Assembly (NCBI GenBank): GCA_002409445.1
Contig: DHNJ01000120.1
Span: forward strand, 21,444 to 65,775
DNA from: Armatimonadetes bacterium UBA5419
Lineage (GTDB): Bacteria > Armatimonadota > UBA10988
DNA length: 44,332 nt
Reading direction: 5' to 3'
This document shows, piece after piece, positions 9,716 to 18,407 of the stretch (positions are counted from its first letter, which is position 1; the number at the start of each line of letters is the position of its first letter). Under the pieces are notes generated by a model. It worked only from the letters and a program-made list of their open reading frames with translations, was not told the origin of the DNA and searched no databases. The translations under genes and the position numbers were made by a program.

Positions 9716-10608
9716 CCGCCGATGAACCCGCGCGCCCGCAGCCAGTAAACCAGGTCGGCCGTCCAGGGCAGCAGTTCGGCGTCCTTGGCCGGCGTGTAGT
9801 CGCGCACGCCCAGCCCAAGGCCGTGCGCGCCGCGCTCGTAGATGTGGAGGTCAAACATGACCCCAGCGGCGCGCAGCGCGGCCGCGTACATCATCGCATT
9901 CTCAACCTTGACCCCGGCGTCTTCCCAGGTGTGCCAGATGAACGCCGGCGGCGTATCGGCGGTGACCTGCAGCTCACTCGACAACAGCCGCATCAGTTCG
10001 TCATCCGGCTCCGGGCCGAGCAGGTTGTTGCGCGAGCCGCCGTGGGTCAACTCCATCATGGTGATCACCGGGTAGCAGAGGATGGTCGCGTCGGGCCGGC
10101 AACTGGCGCGCTCGATCGGATCCTCGGCGTCTAGGTCACCAGCGTCGTAGTGGGTCGAGGCGGTGGAGGCGAGGTGGCCGCCCGCGCTGGAGCCCATGAC
10201 CCCGATGCGGCCCGCGTCCAGGCCCCAATCCGCCGCATTGGCGCGCACGGTCCGCAGCGCGCGTTGCACATCCATCAGCATCGCCGGGTGGCGGTAGCCA
10301 GCGGTGGCCAAGCGGTACTTGAGGACGAAGCCTGCCACTCCATGCCGGGCGAGGAACTTGGCGTAATCCTGCCCTTCGTGTGGCGCCAGGTGGCCGTAGC
10401 CGCCGCCCGGGCAGATGACCACCGCCGAGCCCGTAGCGCGGTCGAATGTTGGCCAGAAGGGCGTCAGAGTCGGGATGTCACCCGGTTCCGTACCGGTGGT
10501 GAGGGGTGCGCCGTCGGGCCATAGCGGGAACTCGCTCAGCGGACGGTCCTGGGCGCTAGCGACCAGCGGCACTAGGGCGAACATCACACAACAGTAGCGG
10601 AACGACAT
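9712..10608 (-). CDS. Secreted alpha/beta hydrolase (acetylxylan esterase/lipase-like)
   Basis: CPGGGY, GSSAGG nucleophile elbow, D..V and HG.G; signal peptide. Confidence 0.88.
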   Translation of the reverse strand: MSFRYCCVMFALVPLVASAQDRPLSEFPLWPDGAPLTTGTEPGDIPTLTPFWPTFDRATGSAVVICPGGGYGHLAPHEGQDYAKFLARHGVAGFVLKYRLATAGYRHPAMLMDVQRALRTVRANAADWGLDAGRIGVMGSSAGGHLASTASTHYDAGDLDAEDPIERASCRPDATILCYPVITMMELTHGGSRNNLLGPEPDDELMRLLSSELQVTADTPPAFIWHTWEDAGVKVENAMMYAAALRAAGVMFDLHIYERGAHGLGLGVRDYTPAKDAELLPWTADLVYWLRARGFIGG

Positions 10609-10693
10609 TCACTTGCTCCGGGCCGGTAGCATTTGACGGCTGTGGTGAGTATAGCGCGTTCGCTGGCCGTCGTGCGCGGCGACCCTCGGTTGG

Positions 10694-10723
10694 TTGACGC
10701 TTGGCGGAGGCAAGGGGTAGGAT
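10694..10723 (+). promoter_or_regulatory. Putative sigma70 promoter of the der operon
   Basis: TTGACG-N18-TAGGAT ending 9 nt before the der ATG. Confidence 0.5.
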
Positions 10724-10732
10724 CCCGTTGTC

Positions 10733-12160
10733 ATGCAGCCTTTGCCCATTGTCGCTATCGTCGGACGCCCGAACGTGGGCAAGAGTGTGCTGTTCAATCG
10801 CCTCACGGGCACGCGACACGCGCTCGTCGACGATATGCCCGGTGTGACGCGCGACCGGCTGTACGGCGAGGGGGAGGCGTTCGGCAAGTCCTACCGCCTG
10901 ATCGACACGGGCGGCCTCGACGAAGCCTTCCGCGACAACATCAGCGCCGCGGCGGCCGCGCAGAGCGAATTGGCGATCGACGAAGCCGACGTCATCATCT
11001 TCGTCCTCGACGGTCAAGAAGGCGTCAGCGCGGTCGACCACGAGATCGCTGATCTGCTGCGCCGCGGCCAGAAGCCGGTCATCCTCGTCGCGAACAAGCT
11101 CGAGAGCCTGAAGAAAGCCGACATCGACGCCGCCTGGGACTTGCGCCTGGGCGAGCCGCTGCCGATCTCGGCGCTGCACGGGACCCAGGTTGGCGACTTG
11201 CTGGAGCGGCTCTTCGACCTGTTGCCGGACCAGGAACAGGACTGGGACGACGAGGACGAGGACGACCAGACCATCCGCATTGCGGTCGTAGGTCGGCCGA
11301 ACGTGGGCAAATCGAGCCTCGTTAACTCGATCCTGGGCGAGGAGCGGGTCATTGTCTCGGACGTGCCCGGCACGACCCGCGACGCGATCGACACGCCGTT
11401 CGTGCGCGATGAGCAGGAGTTCGTGCTGATCGACACAGCGGGCATCCGGCGCAAGGCTCGTGTCCATGAGGCGCTGGAGTACTACAGCGTCTTGCGTGCG
11501 ATCGACGCGATTGACCGGTGCGACGTGGCCGTCGTGGTTATCGATGCGTTGGACGGCGTGACCGACCAGGACAAGCGCATCGCGGGCATGGCGGAGAAGG
11601 GTGGGCGTGGGCTCGTCATCGTCGTCAACAAGTGGGACCTGCTGCTCGAACACCTCGCCGACCGCAACAACTGCCCGCACAAGGTCGACCCGGACATGGC
11701 CCGCCGGCTGTTCCGCTCAACGCGCCGGTCGGCCGCGCGCGATTACGCGAAGATCGTCCGGATGCAACTGCCGTTCTGCACCTACGCGCCCGTCATCTTC
11801 ACCAATGCGCGTGACGGTGATGGGGTCGACGAGGTGCTGCAAGAGACCGTGCTGGTCGATGAGCACGGCTCGTTCCGCGTGGGCACACCGGAGCTCAACA
11901 GCCTGCTGCGCGAGATCTTCGACGAGCATCCGCAGCAGCGGCGCGGCAAGCCGGTCAAGGTCCTGTACGCCACGCAGGCGAGGGTCAAGCCGCCGACGTT
12001 CATTTTCTTCGTCAACGACCCGGAACTGGTTCACTTCTCGGCGGAGCGTTTCGTCGAGAACCGGCTGAGGGAGGCGTTCAACTTTGAGGGTACACCGTTG
12101 CGGTTCCGCTGGCGCGCGCGGCGTGAAGATGACGATCCGCGGGGCTCACGTCGGCGATGA
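10733..12160 (+). CDS. der: Ribosome biogenesis GTPase Der (EngA)
   Basis: Two GRPNVGKS P-loops, DTGG/DTAG, NKLE/NKWD, acidic linker and a KH-like C-terminus (PPTF...F.G.P). Confidence 0.97.
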   Translation: MQPLPIVAIVGRPNVGKSVLFNRLTGTRHALVDDMPGVTRDRLYGEGEAFGKSYRLIDTGGLDEAFRDNISAAAAAQSELAIDEADVIIFVLDGQEGVSAVDHEIADLLRRGQKPVILVANKLESLKKADIDAAWDLRLGEPLPISALHGTQVGDLLERLFDLLPDQEQDWDDEDEDDQTIRIAVVGRPNVGKSSLVNSILGEERVIVSDVPGTTRDAIDTPFVRDEQEFVLIDTAGIRRKARVHEALEYYSVLRAIDAIDRCDVAVVVIDALDGVTDQDKRIAGMAEKGGRGLVIVVNKWDLLLEHLADRNNCPHKVDPDMARRLFRSTRRSAARDYAKIVRMQLPFCTYAPVIFTNARDGDGVDEVLQETVLVDEHGSFRVGTPELNSLLREIFDEHPQQRRGKPVKVLYATQARVKPPTFIFFVNDPELVHFSAERFVENRLREAFNFEGTPLRFRWRARREDDDPRGSRRR

Positions 12161-13688
12161 GCGCCGCCGCGGGCACTGGCTACGGGTTTGGATGATGGCC
12201 GTGGCCTCGCTGCTGCTCGGTGCCTGCCAGATGGGAGCGAGCGAGGTTGCTGTGCCTGCCCCCGCCACCGCCACGGCCCCAGCAACCGGTGCCCCTGAAC
12301 CGACCGAGGGCCACGAGTCCTGGTACGGTGTATACCTCCAAGGCCAGAAGATCGGCTACCTTCAAGAATCGCTGCGGCGGGTGCCGGATGAGCCCGACCG
12401 CTGGGAGTACACCAGTTCGGATCTCGTTGATCTCAACCTCTTGGGCCAGCCGCTACGCCAGTCGACGCTCACGCGCGTCGTTAGTGACGACAGCTTCCGG
12501 CCGCTAAGCTTTGACTTTGAGCTGAGCAGCGGCGGGCGCTCGACAACGGTCCGCGCGACGGTCGAGGGCGCCACCATCGAGTACCGGCGCAGCGGCGGTG
12601 AGGGCGACGGGGGCGCGGCGACGGGGGCGCTGATCGTGCCCGAGGGTGCTGAGCTGACTGCCGACGCGCGCCTGGTCCTGCTGCGCGAGAAGGTGGGGCC
12701 GGGCGACGAGCTGACCTTCACCACCTTCAACCCAGTGACCCTCGGGCTCGACACCAACGAGCTGCGCTGTGAGCGCCGGGAGACGCTAGCGCTGCCGGGC
12801 GAGACGATCACCGATGCCGCGGTCGTGACGATCAAGACCAAGTACGGCACGATGACCTCCTGGCTGGACGCCGACGGTCGGCCGCGCAAGACCGAAGTCG
12901 CGATGATGCAGGCCAAGCTGAGCTACCTCGACGAGCCGCGCGACCAGGCGCTGGCGCTGGAGGGCGGGCAACGCATCGACCTCGCCACCGCCACGGCCAT
13001 CCGGCCCGACCGGCCCATCGCGGACCCGCGCAAGGTGACCCGGCTAGTCGTCGAGGTCGCCGGGCTGGACGCGCTGGAGAGCGTGCCCAGCGACGGTGCG
13101 CAGACCGTCGGCGCCGCCCGCGACGGCTGGCGGAAGGTGACGGTGCTCTCGGAGCCGCCCGCGGCACCCAAGGCGCTGACAGCGGCCGAGCTGGCGCCGT
13201 ACCTGGCCGCGACGCCGTACATCCAGTCCGAGCACCCCGACCTGATCGCCGGCGCGAAGGTCGCGGTGACCGACGACACGGGTGACGCCAAGGAGCGGGC
13301 CGTTCGCATTCAGCGCTACGTCCAGCAGCGGGTGCGATGGCAGTCGAACGTCGGCATGTTCCGCTCGGCCCTGGAGGTCTGGCGCGATCCGAACGGCGTT
13401 TGCCGTGACGCGGCCGCGCTCTACACCGCGCTGGCCCGCGCGGACGGCCTGCCCACGCGCGTCTGCGGCGGCCTCATCTACCTCAACGGCGCCTTCCTCG
13501 GCCACGCCTGGGCGGAGACGTGGATTGGTGACCGCTGGTGGCCGGTTGACGCCACAATGGTCACAAGCCCGCCGGATGCGGCGCGGCTGAAGCTGGCGCA
13601 GGGCGATGACTACACGGCGCTGTTCGACATGCTGCCCGCGCTGGGCAACCTGCGCGTGAAGGTGCTGGAAGAGGAGGTAGTCCCGTGA
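12129..13688 (+). CDS. Transglutaminase-like domain lipoprotein
   Basis: Lipobox-like LLGAC; triad motifs GVCRDAA, HAWAE and WWPVDAT; start uncertain (12129 or 12192). Confidence 0.82.
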   Translation: MTIRGAHVGDERRRGHWLRVWMMAVASLLLGACQMGASEVAVPAPATATAPATGAPEPTEGHESWYGVYLQGQKIGYLQESLRRVPDEPDRWEYTSSDLVDLNLLGQPLRQSTLTRVVSDDSFRPLSFDFELSSGGRSTTVRATVEGATIEYRRSGGEGDGGAATGALIVPEGAELTADARLVLLREKVGPGDELTFTTFNPVTLGLDTNELRCERRETLALPGETITDAAVVTIKTKYGTMTSWLDADGRPRKTEVAMMQAKLSYLDEPRDQALALEGGQRIDLATATAIRPDRPIADPRKVTRLVVEVAGLDALESVPSDGAQTVGAARDGWRKVTVLSEPPAAPKALTAAELAPYLAATPYIQSEHPDLIAGAKVAVTDDTGDAKERAVRIQRYVQQRVRWQSNVGMFRSALEVWRDPNGVCRDAAALYTALARADGLPTRVCGGLIYLNGAFLGHAWAETWIGDRWWPVDATMVTSPPDAARLKLAQGDDYTALFDMLPALGNLRVKVLEEEVVP

Positions 13689-14326
13689 TCGACCTGCTGC
13701 ATTGGCTGCTGGTGCCGGCGGCCTATCTTCTGGGCGCCATCCCCTGCGGCTACTTGATCGCGCGGGCCAAGGGCGTCGACATCTTCGCCGAGGGTAGTGG
13801 CAACGTCGGCGCGACCAACGTCGGTCGCGTCTGCGGCAAACCTGCTGGGGCAGCGGCCTTCATCTTTGACGTACTCAAGGGCTTGGTCCCAGTCGTCGTC
13901 GCGCGCTGGATCGTGCCGACGCAGCCGTGGCTCCACATCGTCTGCGGCCTGGCGGCCCTGGCGGGCCACGTCTGGTCGGTCTTCCTCCGCGGTCGCGGCG
14001 GCAAGGGCGTGAGCACGAGCCTGGGCCTCGCCCTGGGCCTCAGCCCCGTCGCTGGCATGGTCGGCCTCGGGGTGTGGGCGGTGGTGCTCGGGTACGTGGG
14101 CTACGTCTCGCTGGCGTCGATCCTCGGTACGGTCGCTGCCACCCTGGTTCTGTTCGGCATTACGGATGTGTTTGCGTACGAGCTGGCCTACGCCGCGGCG
14201 ACCGTGCTGGTGATCGTGCGGCACCGTGCAAACATCGGACGCTTGATACGCGGTGAGGAGCCGCGGCTGGGTGAGACGCGGCCTGGTCAAGCGACAGATG
14301 AAGGGGAGGCAACCGACAGTGAGTGA
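13685..14326 (+). CDS. plsY: Glycerol-3-phosphate acyltransferase PlsY
   Basis: YLLGAIP.G, GSGNVGATNV.R, DVLKG, GH..S.F...GGKGV and RH.ANI.RL..G.E. Confidence 0.95.
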   Translation: MIDLLHWLLVPAAYLLGAIPCGYLIARAKGVDIFAEGSGNVGATNVGRVCGKPAGAAAFIFDVLKGLVPVVVARWIVPTQPWLHIVCGLAALAGHVWSVFLRGRGGKGVSTSLGLALGLSPVAGMVGLGVWAVVLGYVGYVSLASILGTVAATLVLFGITDVFAYELAYAAATVLVIVRHRANIGRLIRGEEPRLGETRPGQATDEGEATDSE

Positions 14327-15041
14327 GACCCCGCGGGTGGCGGTGCTGGCGTTCGGTGCCCACCCGGACGACATCGAGCTGGGCGCCGGCGGGCTGCTGG
14401 CGTTGGCTGCGGCGCGCGGACAGGGCGCGGCGGCGATCGACCTGACCGCCGGTGAGGGCGCCAGCCGCGGCACCGTCGAGGCGCGCCGCTTGGAGGCGGC
14501 GGAGTCGGCCCAGATCCTCGGGCTGGCGGCGCGCGAGAACTGGGGCTGGCCCGACCTGCACCTAACCGACACGCTTGATTACCGGCGCCAAGTCGCCGAC
14601 GCCGTCCGCCGCTACCGACCGGACCTGGTCCTCTGCCCGGCACCCCGCGACCGCCATCCCGACCACTCGGCGGCGAGCGCCGTCGTCACGGCCGGTGCGT
14701 TCTGGGCGCGAATGGTGCGCATCGAGACCAGCCACGCGCCGCACTCGCCGCGGGCCGTGGCCTACTACGTAATGCACGAGTTGGTTGAGCCCAGCTTCGT
14801 CGTCGACATCAGCTCGACCTGGGACCAGAAGCGCCGCGCGGTCGCCGCGTACCGCTCGCAGTTCGACCAGCCGGTGCCCGAAGGCTACCGCTTCATCGGC
14901 ACCAGCGACTACCACGCCGCCGCCGCCGCGCGCGCGGGTTACTGGGGTCAGACGATCGGCACCGCACAGGGCGAGGCGTACGTACTGGCCAGCACGCTAC
15001 GGGTCGACGACCCGGTGGAACTGCTGCGCGCGCCTGGCTAG
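14319..15041 (+). CDS. bshB1: PIG-L/LmbE-family deacetylase, bacillithiol biosynthesis BshB1-like
   Basis: GGGGAGG RBS then GTG 14319; AHPDDIELG, DLT.GE..SRG, DRHPDH, SFVVDIS and AY.SQF. Confidence 0.8.
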   Translation: MSETPRVAVLAFGAHPDDIELGAGGLLALAAARGQGAAAIDLTAGEGASRGTVEARRLEAAESAQILGLAARENWGWPDLHLTDTLDYRRQVADAVRRYRPDLVLCPAPRDRHPDHSAASAVVTAGAFWARMVRIETSHAPHSPRAVAYYVMHELVEPSFVVDISSTWDQKRRAVAAYRSQFDQPVPEGYRFIGTSDYHAAAAARAGYWGQTIGTAQGEAYVLASTLRVDDPVELLRAPG

Positions 15042-15045
15042 GACG

Positions 15046-16395
15046 CTACGCGCCAGGGTGCACCCACGGCGCGCGGTAGGCGCGGGCGAGCAGGGCATTC
15101 GCCTCGTCATCGTCGCGCACGCGCCAGTTCTCCGCATCCCAATGCAGGGTGCGGCCGAGCTGAGCGGAGACGTTGGCCAAGATGCAGGCGACCGAGGAGA
15201 TCGCGCCCTCCTGGATATCGCTCGCCGGCAGGCGACCCTCATCGCGGGCGGCCAACCAGTCACGCATGAGCCAGCGGATGCCCGGCGCGGTATGCTTCTC
15301 CAGGCGCTCTTCGGTCTCGTCCTCGGGGTACTGCTCAAGCTCCATGACCACGTCGCGGTGGATGGGGTCGCCGCCGCGGCGCGGCTGGAAGTCGTAGCGC
15401 CAGACGCTCGCACGCAACGTCCCCTCAGTGCCGTACAGCGTCGCACCCCAGGGGTAGTCGCCGTCGGCCGGCGCGCCCCAGGTCCGGTGCTGCCAGATGA
15501 TCTTGGTCGGCCCGAAATCGATGGTGGCGATCTGGGTGTCCGAGATGTTCGAGATGCCGGTGCCGTAGAGGTTGGCCGCGGACGAACTGACGGAGATCGG
15601 CGAGCCAAGGCCGAGCAGCCAACGCGTCATGTCGATCATGTGCACGCCCATGTCGCCGATGATGCCGTTGCCGTACTCCATGAACGAGCGCCAGCCGCCC
15701 GGATGCTCGGCACCGGTGTACGCGCGCATCGGCGCCGGCCCGGTCCACAGCTCCCAGTCGAGGTGCTCGGGCACCGGTTGCGGCTCGGGGTTGCCGCGCG
15801 AACGCATGTGGTAGTAGCTGTAGCACTCGGCCACGCCGACGTCGCCGAGGAGGCCCGCGGCGATGACGTTGTCGCGCGCGTCGAAGAGGTGCGGTGTGCC
15901 GCGGCGCTGGAGGCCGACTTGCACCGTGCGGCCCAGCCGGCGAGCGGTCTCGACCATCGCCTGACACTCGACCACGTCCACGGCGGTCGGCTTCTGCACC
16001 CAGACATCGGCACCCGCCTCCATGCTGTCGATAGCGTGGAGGGCGTGCCAGTGGTCGGGCGAGCCGATGACCACGAGGTCGGGCTGCTGGGCGGCGAGCA
16101 GCTCGCGGTAGTCGCGGTAGGTCGGTGGCGTGGCGCCGCTGGCCTGGCGGCTGGCGACGATCTGGGCGGCGCCGGCGAGCATGTTGGCGTCGGGGTCGGC
16201 CAGGCCGACGACCTCGGCCGCGTTGACCTGCAGCAGGCGCAACAGGTCGACCTTGCCGTACCAACCCGCGCCGATCAGCGCCACACGCAGTGGTTGCGCG
16301 GCGGCTTGCTGGGCATGGGCGCCACGGGCGAGCGCCAGCACGGCGGGGGCGGCGAGGCAGGCAGTCAGGGCGGACCGGCGGGTCAAGTCGGACAC
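15046..16395 (-). CDS. Gfo/Idh/MocA family oxidoreductase with Tat signal
   Basis: AAGGAG RBS then GTG 16395; LTRRSAL twin-arginine signal; IGAGWYG, PDHWH, QKP and DMGVH. Confidence 0.9.
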   Translation of the reverse strand: MSDLTRRSALTACLAAPAVLALARGAHAQQAAAQPLRVALIGAGWYGKVDLLRLLQVNAAEVVGLADPDANMLAGAAQIVASRQASGATPPTYRDYRELLAAQQPDLVVIGSPDHWHALHAIDSMEAGADVWVQKPTAVDVVECQAMVETARRLGRTVQVGLQRRGTPHLFDARDNVIAAGLLGDVGVAECYSYYHMRSRGNPEPQPVPEHLDWELWTGPAPMRAYTGAEHPGGWRSFMEYGNGIIGDMGVHMIDMTRWLLGLGSPISVSSSAANLYGTGISNISDTQIATIDFGPTKIIWQHRTWGAPADGDYPWGATLYGTEGTLRASVWRYDFQPRRGGDPIHRDVVMELEQYPEDETEERLEKHTAPGIRWLMRDWLAARDEGRLPASDIQEGAISSVACILANVSAQLGRTLHWDAENWRVRDDDEANALLARAYRAPWVHPGA

Positions 16396-16474
16396 GTCAT
16401 GCTCCTTCGGCCCAGCCAGTGCTAGACCACTCCGATCATCATAGCGCATGGCTTGGCGCGGAAGCCAGATGAAA

Positions 16475-16509
16475 GGCGCGACGGCTGGCCCAAGACCAGC
16501 CGTCGCGTC
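16475..16509 (-). terminator. Hairpin downstream of pilin-like copy A
   Basis: GGCGCGACGGCTGGCC-CAA-GACCAGCCGTCGCGTC, followed by TTTC on the minus strand. Confidence 0.65.
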
Positions 16510-16536
16510 GGCAATGGTCACAGAAGGACAGGCGTT

Positions 16537-17256
16537 CTAGAACTCCGGGTCAATCCAGAGCGCATCGACAATGTCCTGGCTCCGCATCCACTTGGCGTGA
16601 CCATCGGCGAACCCGACGTTCATGCCACCAGTGTGGGCGTAGCGCCGACCAGTGATTGAGAAAGTCCTGCTGCCGTCCAGGCCGCCTGAGTCGGTGCGGA
16701 ACATGCGGAACACGACCTCGCCGCGACGGTAGCAGTCCCAGTCGTCATACATGGTGATCACCTGTGCCGGCGACTGGATGCCAGCGATGTTCATCGGTGT
16801 ACGGCCGCGGCCCGTGAACGCGGCGCCATTGGCCCAGTAACTCAGAGTTTCGTCGCTGGGTAAACTTGAGCTGGTGTGGTGAACGATTCCACTTGGACAC
16901 TGAAATATGTTTCGGGTCTTAATATAGGGAATGAGCTTAGCCGGCCAGCGATAGGGGTTCTCCTCCTTAACGGACCCGTTCATCCAGAAGAAGGGCTGAG
17001 GAGCAGGCGCGATGGAGATTCCGTCGCGGTTGGCCGAGGCCCAGTCCCAGGGCATGGTCTCCTCGTAATCCTGGACATACTGCATCAGGGCCAGGCCGAC
17101 CTGCTTCAAGTTGCTCAGACACGACGCCTGGCGGGCCTTCTCGCGGGCCTTGGCGAAGACCGGGAATAGGATGGCGGCCAGAATCGCGATGATGGCGATG
17201 ACCACGAGCAGCTCGATGAGCGTGAACGCGCGTGAGCGCCGATTGGAATAAGGCAT
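16537..17256 (-). CDS. Prepilin-type DUF1559 / H-X9-DG protein, tandem copy A
   Basis: [23 protein letters not shown]; [12 protein letters not shown] is an exact H-X9-DG. Confidence 0.93.
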   Translation of the reverse strand: MPYSNRRSRAFTLIELLVVIAIIAILAAILFPVFAKAREKARQASCLSNLKQVGLALMQYVQDYEETMPWDWASANRDGISIAPAPQPFFWMNGSVKEENPYRWPAKLIPYIKTRNIFQCPSGIVHHTSSSLPSDETLSYWANGAAFTGRGRTPMNIAGIQSPAQVITMYDDWDCYRRGEVVFRMFRTDSGGLDGSRTFSITGRRYAHTGGMNVGFADGHAKWMRSQDIVDALWIDPEF

Positions 17257-17286
17257 GTTTCCCCTCCATTGGTTAGCGTAGTGTGT

Positions 17287-17315
17287 ACTATAGCAAGTTT
17301 GGTTGTGGACGGCTA
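17287..17315 (-). promoter_or_regulatory. Putative promoter of copy A
   Basis: TAGCCG-N17-TATAGT with extended TG; the -10 box is conserved in all three copies. Confidence 0.6.
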
Positions 17316-17410
17316 GGGTAGGTCGAAAAGGCAGGGCTGAATCGAGTCCAAGGCCGCCGTATGGCCCCGAGTCGGCATCCGTGCCCTAGCCGGGCGTTGA
17401 CTACAAGCGG

Positions 17411-17444
17411 GCACGACGGCCAGCCCAAGGGCTGGCCGTCGTGC
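17411..17444 (-). terminator. Hairpin downstream of pilin-like copy B
   Basis: GCACGACGGCCAGCCC-AA-GGGCTGGCCGTCGTGC, a perfect inverted repeat. Confidence 0.7.
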
Positions 17445-17473
17445 AGGGAAGGGTCAGGAATGGATCGACCAGT

Positions 17474-18193
17474 CTAGCCTTCGGGGTCAATCCACAGCGC
17501 GTTGACGATATCCTGGCTCCGCATCCACTTGGCGTGACCATCGGCGAACCCGACGTTCATGCCACCCGTGTGGGCGTATCGGCGCCCGGTGATCGTGAAG
17601 GTGCTGCTGCCGTCCATACCGCCACTCCCGGTGCGGTACATGCGAAAGACGACCTCGCCGCGGCGGTAGCAGTCCCAGTCGTCGAACATGGTGATCACCT
17701 GCGCAGGCGCCTGGATCGCGGCGATGTTCATCGGCCCGCGGCCACGCCCGGTGAAGGCGGCGCCGTTGGCCCAGTAGCTGAGCGTCTCGTCCTTGGGCAG
17801 GTTGGTACTGGTGTGGTGGACGATCCCGCTGGGACACTGGAAGATGTTGCGCGTCTTGATGTAGGGGATCAGCTTGGCCGGCCAGCGGTACGGGTTCTCC
17901 TCCTTGACCGAGCCGTTCATCCAGAAGAAGGGCTGGGGCGCCGGGGCCGTGGAGATCCCACCGTTGTTGGCCGAGGACCAGTCCCACGGCATGGTCTCCT
18001 CGTAGTCCTGGACGTACTGCATCAAGGCCAAGCCGACCTGCTTCAAGTTGCTCAGGCAAGATGCCTGGCGCGCTTTCTCGCGGGCCTTGGCGAAGACCGG
18101 GAACAGGATGGCGGCCAAGATCGCGATGATGGCGATGACCACCAGCAACTCGATGAGTGTGAACGCGCGTGGGCGTCGGGTTGGATTAGGCAT
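17474..18193 (-). CDS. Prepilin-type DUF1559 / H-X9-DG protein, tandem copy B
   Basis: GGAGGAG RBS then ATG 18193 ([15 protein letters not shown]); near-identical protein to copies A and C. Confidence 0.93.
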   Translation of the reverse strand: MPNPTRRPRAFTLIELLVVIAIIAILAAILFPVFAKAREKARQASCLSNLKQVGLALMQYVQDYEETMPWDWSSANNGGISTAPAPQPFFWMNGSVKEENPYRWPAKLIPYIKTRNIFQCPSGIVHHTSTNLPKDETLSYWANGAAFTGRGRGPMNIAAIQAPAQVITMFDDWDCYRRGEVVFRMYRTGSGGMDGSSTFTITGRRYAHTGGMNVGFADGHAKWMRSQDIVNALWIDPEG

Positions 18194-18223
18194 AGTTCTC
18201 CTCCGCTTGTCAGCGTTATGTGA

Positions 18224-18252
18224 ACTATAGCGAATCCGACGGCAGATGGCTA
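18224..18252 (-). promoter_or_regulatory. Putative promoter of copy B
   Basis: TAGCCA-N17-TATAGT. Confidence 0.6.
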
Positions 18253-18347
18253 GGGTAAGTGCGGCCCGGCTGCGTCTGTCGCCAAGGAACTTACCCTCGC
18301 CGGGCGATTCGTGATCGCTGGGCTGCGACGGCGACACACCCGGAATT

Positions 18348-18376
18348 GCGACGGCCAGCCAGAGGCCGGCCGTCGT
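18348..18376 (-). terminator. Hairpin downstream of pilin-like copy C
   Basis: GCGACGGCCAGCC-AGA-GGCCGGCCGTCGT. Confidence 0.6.
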
Positions 18377-18407
18377 GTGCGACAAGGTCAGCGATGCGAC
18401 CTAAGCT

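Noticed and set aside
14785-16425. 546-aa plus-strand ORF
   Set aside because: Antisense to the Tat oxidoreductase; no recognisable domain or RBS
16475-18376. CRISPR-like reading of the repeated hairpins
   Set aside because: Repeats are ~935 bp apart, separated by genes and not identical; no cas genes
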